This document shows, one piece after another, positions 29,929-41,900 of a DNA stretch of 64,000 nucleotides. Each line of letters begins with the position of its first letter. The first letter of the stretch is position 1. The DNA is from Macrostomum hystrix (taxonomy: Eukaryota; Animalia; Platyhelminthes). The position numbers and the translations under genes were made by a program. Below the pieces are notes generated by a model. The model saw only the letters and a program-made list of their open reading frames with translations. It ran no database searches and was not told the origin of the DNA. The stretch spans positions 806,001-870,000 of the forward strand of contig CATNEN010000011.1 of the NCBI GenBank assembly GCA_950097015.1, given 5' to 3'.

Positions 29929-32900
29929 TTACACAGCCAAAACATTCGCCGTAACTGACGAAGATGTGCGCCTAACTCCGTGCTGCATTGCGAGCTCCAG
30001 AGCTCTGGCGTGCCATTCCTTCTTTTTGGCCAGCCATTCCTTAATAAAGCAAATCACAAAAAGTAAAATATTATTGCAAAACTGAGCGAGGGCGAGAGGG
30101 TTTTTCGAAAGTTAATAAAACTTTATAGGTTAAAGTACCGTGCAGTGTCAATATATTTATTTATATATTTATATTTATATATATATTTCGATCATTATAT
30201 TCGAAGGGCTGCATGAGAGATTACTTATTACCTCAGCATCTTAAATTATAAAGAAGTAGGTTTCAACTATTCTTATGTAAAGTAAAATTCTTATAATGGC
30301 GATAAAGTAGCATAGATTAAATTTTTTAACTTATTTCCTTGTAAACAAAATCTAACTCTGTAGGTCGAATATCTACACAAAGTATCTACACGAATTGCAA
30401 GAGTTTTTATAAAAGTTTGTGCCGCTTTATACGATATAATAAGATTGTGTGAAAGATAACTGTCATAATTTGCTTAACTTAAACTAATAACATTACTATT
30501 TATTAAGATGTGATTTGCAATATCAATGTACTTTGTTCCAATGTACTTTGCAATTTTATGTGAATGCATGGCGTTTCTCCCCTAGTATTTTGTCTATATT
30601 TTAAAGTGACGACTTATCAAATGGAAAATCTATTGTGATTCTTAGTTAAGCAAGACTACAAAAACAAAAGCTCATCGGAAATTCACCTAGCAGTGCTGGC
30701 TTTTACCGTAGAAAAATGTTCTGATAATAAATTCGAAAAGACATGACCAAACCTACCTTGTATTCACGATCTTTCTTATGCATCTCCCGGCGTCTTCGAC
30801 AGGCCTATAAATATATTAGGTATGTTTTTGCATGTATAAAACGCTTCTAACTCTACTTTAAGTAGCGATGCATAAGTTTGGAAAAATAGTTCTGAAAAAG
30901 CGAATAATCAGCAAAGTCGCGTTTCTCACGTCGTAGTAAAGCCAGAATATGAAGATTACATGAGCCAGTACGTACAGGGCGGCGAAGCTGATGAAAACGT
31001 CCTTTTCAATCTTATTGACCATTTCCATTCTGCGAAGATGCTTCGAGCATGGCTCACCGGTTGAGTCTCCCTGGAAAATACAGTCACGGAGTGCAGAACC
31101 ACCGCTGCCGCCACTGGTCACAACCTTGGGATGAATCTGGGAAGTGCCGTTGTGTCTGCCAAGACTTGGCGGCTGGATCATTGTTACCACAGCGTGCCAG
31201 ATGCTTACAATGCAGAGAATGGCCAGAGACATTAAAACGTACTTATCCTGCAATATTTGAGAGTTCGTGCTTGTAGGGAATGAAAATACACCAGTTTTTA
31301 CACATTAATCGTAATCCACTTAGTAGGTGATTAAGTTTATGTAGTGCTCAAGAAAGAGTGTAATTTATGGGGACATGGGAGATTTGGCTATAAGGCACGT
31401 CGATGCATTCGTCTGAGCCAAGAAGCATCAATAAATTAATAATGACTTTTATCCTCCTCGCAGCTTATTCAAGTGTGCCAACCGGCTCCTGTCATGAATC
31501 TCTAATGTCCATGGGTCCGCATGCAGTCGTGCGTGCATTCGCAGTGTCATAGCAACGGAGGGAGGTCCCTTGGATACTTGAACTGCGAAAATTGCAGATT
31601 TTAATGCGAATTAAAAATCGTTTTTCATATTATTTTATCGTATCCAAGGTCAATCTGCGTTGCTATGTGCCAGAATTTCCGGGCTTTTTATTAATTGCGA
31701 GGCGACAATTTGGCTGTGGCGGGGCGGCGGTCGGGTCCTCGCTCTACGGCAGCAAACTAATCCGCAGCTTTAGCACTTCTCAATTAACAAAAAAGCCCGG
31801 AAAATCGTTAATGAACGAGTTTTTTTATCCTAAATCGTCCATTGGATCGGTAGCTTATTCTCCTCCCTGATCATTAAATTCGTTTATTTATCGGGCATTT
31901 GATAGGCGTTAATCGATACTAACTTTAGTGAGTTAAGTCTGGTCTAGACCAGGGGCTCATGCTTCAAATCTAAATGAGCTACATGTAGAAGTGTCACTCT
32001 ACAATGAGCCTCGGGGCGAGAAGTGGACAGGAGAAAGCCGGCGAGGTCCAGCTAACCGCGCACACACGAATTCCCGCCACGCACCAAATTTTATTCGCGG
32101 CTCTAGCAACGAAAAAAAACTGGCCCGATTAAATTCGCGAACTCAGCAGACTGCAGCCTCACCATGTAGGTCAGGTAGGATATTCTTGGCAGAGACTGGG
32201 CCACCACGTATTTAAAGGTGACGCTCGTTAACACCAAGGTGAAGCTAAGCCTTAGCCTGTGCTCGCATTTGTGCGGCTCAACAGCGAACGTGGCGAATGA
32301 AAGGCCCGAGATCATGAACTGCAATTAGCCGGAGCGGGTGGGGTGGCCAAGCATGAAGAGTTCTCTTCTAAAAAAGTTTCTCACCATGTAAGTTAAGTAG
32401 GAAATCTTCGGCAATGACTGATTGATGACAAACTTGAAGGCCACGGATGTTAGGAACAGAGTGAATGACAGCTGTAGGCGACTCTCGGGCTTGTCAGCGG
32501 CCACAGCGAAGGTGGCAAACGACAGGCCTGTGATGAAGAACTTCAATGGTGGCGCGATGGATTTAGAGCTGCTTGCTTTGCTAAAAGTTCTGCTTTTTAA
32601 CGCCTAAGTCGCACAATTTCGCTAAAATACCTTCGTTCATTAAGTGAAATTTATCCCTTATTATCAACTTTTTTGACACTTACTGAAGGGTCCATTTTCC
32701 TGACACTTCCAATAATACAACCTTGCTGATGCTGACACATTCCTTAACTATAGGGTCTTGTTGATGCTGACACATTCCTTAACTATAGGGTCTTGTTGAT
32801 GCTGACACATTCCTTAACTATAGGGTCCTGTTGATGCTGACACATTCCTTCACTATCGGGTCTTGTTGATGCTGACACCTTCCTTAACTATAGGGTCTTG

Positions 32901-35900
32901 TTGATGCTGACACCTTCCTTAACTATAGGTTCTTGTTGATGCTGACACATTCCTTAACTATAGGTTCTTGTTGATGCTGACACATTCCTTAACTATAGGG
33001 TCTTGTTGATGCTGACACATTCCTTAACTATAGGGTCTTGTTGATGCTGACACATTCCTTCACTATCGGGTCTTGTTGATGCTGACACATTCCTTCACTA
33101 TCGGGTCCTGTTGATGCTGACACATTCCTTAACTATAGGTTCTTGCTGATGCTGACACATTCCTTAACTATCGGGTCTTTCGAAACTTAGAAGACTTTTG
33201 TGTTCTAAAACACAAAAAATTGTTTTACATAAAAAAAGTTAGAAGCCTATGAAAAAGTATTCTTAATGACACAAATCTTTCTTTTAATGCCTTGAAAATG
33301 ACGATATAATTCTAAAACTTTTGTAATTCAGCTCTCAACAATTTTATTGCGTTTGCTTGGGTCGGCACAAAAAATTGATTGCTTGTTTAATAAAAAATTC
33401 AGAAATGGTTCATTGTGAAATAAAAGCAAAGGTTTCCTAGCTCTGCTATTCTGGTTTCTAGTCGAAAGGTCACACTCATTTAAGATTGGAAGAGAAATGC
33501 ATTTTAAAGTAAAATATTTGAATAACAAAAGCACGATATTCCCTGGGGATATCTGACTATAGAAAAAATGGCTTTAAGTACTTTTTAGCCATAGCCAGCT
33601 ATGTTAGAGATAAACATGTTTTCCCATTCCATCACACTCGCAGATTCGCCTCAGGGAAATCCCTGAGTGAAACTGAGAATTCCCAAGGAACTGGGCATTC
33701 CTTGGACGGATTTTTTAATCTCACTCGAGACATGTTCGAGATTCTAAAAATTGGAGGTCAGATTCCTAACAGGGTAATTCTAATTAAAAGGTTCCTAAGG
33801 GAGAGATTCCTAAGGGGGAGATTCCTAAGGGGGAGATTCCTAAGCAGGAGATTCCTGATAGGGGATTTCCTGATGGGGAGATTCCTGATAGGGAGATTGC
33901 TGAGGTGCAGATTTCTAACTGGGGAATCCTAATTGAAAGATTCCTAAGGGGGGAGATTTCTCAAGGGGGAGATTCCTAAGGGGGAGATTCCTGATGGGGA
34001 GATTCCTGATGGGGAGATTCCTGAGGCGGAGATTCATAACATGGGAGATTACTAAGTGGGAAGTTTCTCAAGGGGAAGATTTCTAAAGGGCAGATTCCCA
34101 ACGTGAATGTTTCTAATAGGGAGATTTCTAGGGTAGATTCCTAAGTGGAAGATTCTTAAGGGGCTACAAGGAAGATTCCTACGGGAGATTCCTAAGGGGG
34201 AGGTTCATAAGGCAGGGATCGAATGTTGGGAAATTTCTAAAGCGAAAATTCTTCAACATGAACATTCTCACTAATCTAAGGAAGTTGGTTAAAGGAAAAA
34301 CTCCGAAAAAGCGGTTCAAGGGATAAATTATCAAGATTAGATTCTTCTGGAAGAAGTCTTTTGGGATTTTATAGTCTCAGAAAAAAAGACTAGTCGATTG
34401 AATTAGAACTAGCGGGCAATAATTGGCAATTAATCGCTGTATTGACTAATTGATTATTTAGAAATGAGTAAAATGCTTCAGGTAAGAATGTAAAGTATAG
34501 AATAATTCCCAACCTGCTTTTCTACCGTGTGTGGTATGTGGCAACAACAGGAATAAAACCGCATCCCATCTGCTGGCCAAATGCTAAAATTGTTCAATCG
34601 ATTTATTTAGACAGAGAAGCAAATTCACAATTAATTAGCAGGCTCAGCGGGCCGCAAGTCCCGGGTCAGCACAAACAAAGCAGAGATGGATAAGACCTCT
34701 CTGCTGCTATGCTGTTTTGCACAATGGCCCATAATTCTCTGGGGCCGCTATGCGTAAAGTCAAGCCTGCCTCTCTTCCCCTATTGTTTGATATGCAGCAT
34801 GCAGTCAGAGTCTGCTAATGCCACGCCTGTCTGGGGGAAGGGCATACTAATTCCTAAATAAAACTGGAAATTACCGGTTCTATTAGCTTCAGTTAGCTTC
34901 TACTCAGATCTTCAGTTTTGCTAGACTCTACGCCAGCGGTTTCCGTCTACTCGATGAAAGCGAGAAACTTTTAGAGAAGTTTTCTGTTTATGTTAGACTC
35001 AAATGTTCACCAAGCTGTTAGACTCAAATGTTTACCAAGCTGTTAGACTCGAATGTTCACCAAGCCGTTAGACTCAAATGTTCACCAAGCTGTTAGATAC
35101 AGATGTTCACCTAGCTGTTAGACACAGATGTTCACCTAGCTGTTAGACACAGATGTTCACCTAGCTGTTAGACACAGATGTTCACCTAGCTGTTAGACAC
35201 AGATGTTCACCTAGCTGTTAGACACAGATGTTCACCTAGCTGTTAGACTCAAATGTTCACCTAGCTGTTAGACACAGATCTTCACCTAGCTGTTAGACAC
35301 TTATCTTCACCTAGCTGTTAGACACTTATCTTCACCCAGCTGTTAGATACAGATCTTCACCTAGCTGTTAGACACAGATGTTACGCTGAGATTGGCTGCT
35401 CACCATGATCAAGAAGACATTCCAATAGAAATATCCCGGTCTCCTTGCAGCCCTGCAGCGCACAGCAAGGCAAGGGTGGGACTTCATTGTGCTTGAAAAC
35501 TCCTGAGTCAAGGTGCGCTTCTCAACCTCAATGTGCTCATGAAGCCGCCATTCCTGCTGATCAACGAAGGTCTGAATATTGATTCCGCTCATTTCAGCCT
35601 CGTCTGGAATCAGCTCGATCTCGGTGTCTGGTCGCTCCGATGTGATTGTGATCGTCAGGTCCTGGTTAAGTGTGGTTTGCCATGAGCTCAATAATCGATT
35701 GTCCCATTCTACACATTCCAATGAGTCATTTATCCCATTCTAAACATTCAATGAGTCAATTGTCCCATTCTCAGCCTTCCAACGAGTCAGTTATCTCATT
35801 CTAAACCTTCGATTGGATCAATCATTGAATAGTTTCATGTATCGCATTAATAGCCTACCTGCACATCCAGCGGGAAATCGTTTAGCTCGAGAGTTTCTAA

Positions 35901-38900
35901 GAAAACGCCCTTTATACGACGCCGTTCAACAATGTACACGTCTGATGACAATGGATCATGCTGGCCAACAATCCAGGTGGCCTCCTTTGTCTCATTCAGA
36001 ATGTTGTCGATGTAGATGAGCGGGTTCCAGTACTTCTCCAGGTCCACCGTCTTCAGCTCCTGATAAAAGTACATGGCAGTAACTTGATAATTTGTTAAAT
36101 TTGCATAACAGATTACGGAATACAATGCTAGCTATTCTAGCCTCAGTGATGAAGGAATAGAATGGATTGCTAGTCTAGCCTCAATGGATGAAGGAATAGA
36201 ATGGATTGCTAGTCTAGCCTCAATGGATGAAGGAATAGAATGGATTGCTAGTCTAGCCTCAATGGATGAAGGAATAGAATGGATTGCTAGTCTAGCCTCA
36301 ATGGATGAAGGAATAGAATGGATTGCTAGTCTAGCCTCAATGGATGAAGGAATAGAATGGATTGCTAGTCTAGCCTCAATGGATGAAGGAATAGAATGGA
36401 TTGCTAGTCTAGCCTCAATGGATGAAGGAATAGAATGGATTGCTAGTCTAGCCTCAGTGGATGAAGGAATAGAAGGATTGCTAGTCTAGCCTCAATCGAG
36501 AAAGAAATAGAATAGATAGCTAGTCTTGCCTCAGTGGATGAAGGAATAGAATGGATTGCTAGTCTAGTCTGTGTCCCAGACACACGAGTATCGATAAAAA
36601 TCTGTCGAGGTAAAATATGTTTTTAATGCGTGCTCAGTTGAGAAATTTTGATTGATTAATTACTTTTATTTTAAAGGTTTCCAGAATACAGAAAAGTGAC
36701 AGGCTGGTGATAACGCATTCAAGGGAGATATAAAATGGCTATGATATTTATATGGAGCATGAGACATCTGATCTGCTGTTTGGATGAGAAAACTGCTGCT
36801 GCTGCTGCTGCTGCTGCCTGGGAAAATATTACATTAGTTGGCCTTTTTCGTCCAACATAACTAACCTTTGGAGGATTATCACCCTGGATCGATGCATTTC
36901 AAATTAGACGGGGTATTAGGCTAAGATTTTTAGGCTTCACATTTTTATATACGCCGTATAATGCCTCAGCTCAGTTGTAGAGTTTAGGAACTCAATATTG
37001 CTTCTTTAGTTTATTTTAGACAACTAACTATAACTATTTGAAACATAAACAGGATTTATATAAATTTATGAGTTTACATCGTAAGTGAAAATTGATTAAC
37101 TGGGAATTAATGTTAATTAATAGAAATATTCTATTAATTCCCGAGAAAAGTTAAAAGCATTTCTTAGAACTTTTACTTTTTCAAATATTTTCTTTAAGTG
37201 ATCCCAAGTTTTTGAAAGAGATTCCAAGAAGTTATGTACTTGTGATTGTCTGTTCTACAAAAGCCGCTAAGACTTCAAGATTGTCTAATTCTTTGTCGAA
37301 TATGCGATAGAAGGTTCCTAAATAATATGCAAATTGATTCTAAAAAGCGCACGCTAATTATTCGAAACGAATATTAACACTAGTCTGAGACTATTACTAG
37401 ACAGCTTCTATATTATATATAACATACAAGAATACAAACCAACACTTGAGTACGCGCATATTCTTAAATTACTCATAAATATTCCGTAGAAAATAATTTA
37501 TATTAGGAATAAAACCGTAAAAATGAACTATTGTCTCGCACTTCATCAATCGGTGCTTGGATTTTATTTCTGCCTGGAATTCTTCAGGGAATTTATGGGA
37601 TTTTGTGGATGCATCAATAGATAATTCTTTAGTAGTGGTAAGCTAAGATATATTATATACGTTCGACCAATGGATTGCTGATCCTTCCAAATTTTCTACA
37701 TATGGATCCAAAGTTCAGAAATTCTCAGTTTTTTTCTACATGTTTTATTCATTCATTTTCTCCCTTACCGAACATAGTGGAGAGATGAATTAAAGTAATT
37801 CAATTTACAAAGGCCGGAAATTTTCCGGCTTTAACCAAATTAGATTACAACTCGTAATGGGCCAAAAGCCGGCAAGTTTACACAGTCGCCGAAAGCGGTT
37901 TTTATAACTCTCTGAAATTTACGCGAACCGGTTGTAGCGATCACGTTATGTGACGGAGTGAAGAAGGAGAAAGAATTGAACAGAAAAAAATCCTTTAAAA
38001 CCCGCTGGAAAGTCACGTCTATCGCGCGCGACACTTTCTAATCACTCCCGATGCCAGTATAGGAGTTAAGGGAATATGAATACTTTTCTGGCGACTGCAG
38101 GGATATTCTGGGGACACTTTGGATGGGTAAGGAGGGTGTGGGTGCTTGGAAGATAGATAGATACCTCACGACCATCCTACAAACTCAGCGTAGAACTCTC
38201 ACAATACCCCACCCCATGCACCACGCAGTCTGTTACCGCGCGCGCCAAATTCTCTCCCATTTTCTCCTCGTTCTGCGTCTAGCAATGTATGCATACTAAA
38301 TTCTGAGAAATCCGACTGTGCCATCACGAGGGGGAGAAAGTTTTTGGGACAAGATTTACGCGCACTAACACGCATACTCAATATAATCCTTCTGAAATAA
38401 AACTGCTTGATTTTGTTGAACTGCTCAAATAAAGCATAATACTTGGCTGAAGGTCGCGAGTTCTAATGTCAAAGTGCATCTTTTAGATTCTCTTGGCAAT
38501 ATATATTATAAAATAAACAATTTTAGCATGAAAGTTCACCTGTTATTTACATTTTTTGCTTTATGTAAAGTTTCCTTTGATATTTAATAATGCATTAGCA
38601 ATGTCACTCCCAACAAAAGCACTCTTTGTCCATTTCATTTCCCTGCTACTGGGCTCCAATGGGGAAGAGGAAACTGGGGAAATTTTTGGGATTGGGTCGG
38701 TGTGAGGATACAATATGCGGGGGGGGGACGTTTTTGGCCCGCAATTATCACACCTTGTGCAGTTTTTTTCCACTTCTTTTTTCTTTCTTTTCATTTCCAA
38801 CCCAACTGGGGGCATACGAGAGGCAGAGAATTGTAAATTATGCACTAAATGCTAAGCTGAAGAGTTGCAGCCGGAATACAAACAGAAGAAATCTAGTTCC

Positions 38901-41900
38901 CAGGAGCTGACGCCTATTTCCGTGCTCCATATAAAGTGCTAGGCCTGCAGCTTTTGGAACATAGCTTGGGGTGCAGGGAAATGGGATGAATTTAGATGGG
39001 CACTAACTATAGATCTCTCATGTTTTCACCTTTATCGGCTAAATTAACTAGCCTCATAATATGCTGTTAAATACAGCTTACAGACTGCCCTATGATATAG
39101 TCACTCAACTCAGGGACAAATGACAAATGCTGGCATGTTATACCTATAACTGCTCAAATATATTAGCTTTCTAATTGCTAATCTCAACTCAAAATCAATA
39201 ATCAGGATAGGTTATAAATATAATTCATGTAAAATCTAGCCTCACTGGAGAAAGGAGTAGAATGGATTGCTAGTCTAGCCTCACTGGAGAAAGGAATAGA
39301 ATGGATTGCTAGTCTAGCCTCTGTGGATGAAGGAATAGAATGGATTGCTAGTCTAGCCTCTGTGGATGAAGGAATGGAATGGATTGCTAGTCTAGCCTCT
39401 GTGGATGAAGGAATAGAATGGATTGCTAGTCTAGCCGTCTAGCCTCAGTGATGAAGGAATAGAATGGATTGCTAGTCTAGCCTCAGTGATGAAGGAATAG
39501 AATGGATTGCTAGTCTAGCCTCAATGGATGAAGGAATAGAATGGATTGCTAGTCTAGCCTCAGTGATGAAGGAATAGAATGGATTGCTAGTCTAGCCTCA
39601 ATGGATGAAGGAATAGAATGGATTGCTAGTCTAGCCTCAGTGGATGAAGGAATAGAATGGATTGCTAGTCTAGCCTCAGTGGATGAAGGAATAGAATGGA
39701 TTGCTAGTCTAGCCTCTGTGGATGAAGGAATAGAATGGATTGCTAGTCTAGCCTCTGTGGATGAAGGAATAGAATTGATTGCTAGTCTAGCCTCTGTGGA
39801 TGAATGAATAGAATGGATTGCTAGTCTAGCCTCTGTGGATGAAGGAATAGAATGGATTGCTAGTCTAGCCTCTGTGGATGAAGGAGTAGAATGGATTGCT
39901 AGTCTAGCCTCAATGGATGAAGGAGTAGAATGGATTGCTAGTCTAGCCTCATTGGATGAAGGAATAGAATGGATTGCTAGTCTAGCCTCAATGGATGAAG
40001 GAATAGAATGGATTGCTAGTCTAGCCTCACTGGAGAAAGGAATAGAATGGATTGCTAGTCTAGTCTCAGTGGATGAAGGAATAGAATGGATTGCTAGTCT
40101 AGTCTCAGTGGATGAAGGAATAGAATGGATTGCTAGTCTAGCCTCTGTGGATGAAGGAATAGAATGGATTGCTAGTCTAGCCTCAGTGGATGAAGGAATA
40201 GAATGGATTGCTAGTCTAGTCTCAGTGGAGAAAGGAATAGAATGGATTGCTAGTCTAGCCTCACTGGAGAAAGGAATAGAATGGATTGCTAGTCTAGTCT
40301 CAGTGGATGAAGGAATAGAATGGATTGCTAGTCTAGTCTCAGTGGATGAAGGAATAGAATGGATTGCTAGTCTAGCCTCAGTGGATGAAGGAATAGAATG
40401 GATTGCTAGTCTAGCCTCAGTGGATGAAGGAATAGAATGGATTGCTAGTCTAGCCTCAGTGGATGAAGGAATAGAATGGATTGCTAGTCTAGCCTCAGTG
40501 GATGAAGGAATAGAATGGATTGCTAGTCTAGCCTCAGTGGATGAAGGAATAGAATGGATTGCTAGTCTAGTCTCAGTGGAGAAAGGAATAGAATGGATTG
40601 CTAGTCTAGCCTCACTGGAGAAAGGAATAGAATGGATTGCTAGTCTAGTCTCAGTGGATGAAGGAATAGAATGGATTGCTAGTCTAGCCTCAGTGGATGA
40701 AGGAATAGAATGGATTGCTAGTCTAGCCTCAGTGGATGAAGGAATAGAATGGATTGCTAGTCTAGCCTCAGTGGATGAAGGAATAGAATGGATTGCTAGT
40801 CTAGCCTCAGTGGATGAAGGAATAGAATGGATTGCTAGTCTAGTCTCACTGGAGAAAGGAATAGAATGGATTGCTAGTCTAGCCTCTGTGGATGAAGGAA
40901 TAGAATGGATTGCTAGTCTAGCCTCTGTGGATGAAGGAATAGAATGGATTGCTAGTCTAGCCTCAGTGGATGAAGGAATAGAATGGATTGCTAGTCTAGC
41001 CTCAGTGGATGAAGGAATAGAATGGATTGCTAGTCTAGCCTCAGTGGATGAAGGAATAGAATGGATTGCTAGTCTAGCCTCAGTGGATGAAGGAATAGAA
41101 TGGATTGCTAGTCTAGTCTCAGTGAATGAAGGAATAGAATGGATTGCTAGTCTAGCCTCAGTGGATGAAGGAATAGAATGGATTGCTAGTCTAGCCTCAG
41201 TGGATGAAGGAATAGAATGGATTGCTAGTCTAGCCTCAGTGGATGAAGGAATAGAATGGATTGCTAGTCTAGCCTCAGTGGATGAAGGAATAGAATGGAT
41301 TGCTAGTCTAGCCTCAGTGGATGAAGGAATAGAATGGATTGCTAGTCTAGCCTCAGTGGATGAAGGAATAGAATGGATTGCTAGTCTAGTCTCAGTGAAT
41401 GAAGGAATAGAATGGATTGCTAGTCTAGCCTCAGTGGATGAAGGAATAGAATGGATTGCTAGTCTAGCCTCAGTGGATGAAGGAATAGAATGGATTGCTA
41501 GTCTAGTCTCACTGGATGAAGGAATAGAATGGATTGCTAGTCTAGCCTCAGTGGATGAAGGAATAGAATGGATTGCTAGTCTAGCCTCAATGGATGAAGG
41601 AATAGAATGGATTGCTAGTCTTGCCTCAATGGATGAAGGAGCAGAACGGATTGCTAGTTCAGCCAACTGCTGCTCATGGCCCGAAGCCAACTCACCTCCG
41701 GACTTCTGCCTTCAAGCAACGGCTCCTTCCACTTGGCCTGAATAAATGCGTCGGCATGGTACAGCTCCTTGAGGGTGTCGATTTCGCCGATTTTAAGAAA
41801 GACGACACGAATTTCGACGACCACCTGCAGTTTGCGGGGTTGGGAAAGTGAGATTAGAGAGTGGGATCTGAGTTTCTAGTGAGATTAGAGAGTGGGATCT

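Noticed and set aside
39549-41745. 713-aa and 636-aa ORFs
   Set aside because: They come from a 39-bp (13-codon) satellite inside a channel intron and show no non-repetitive coding features.
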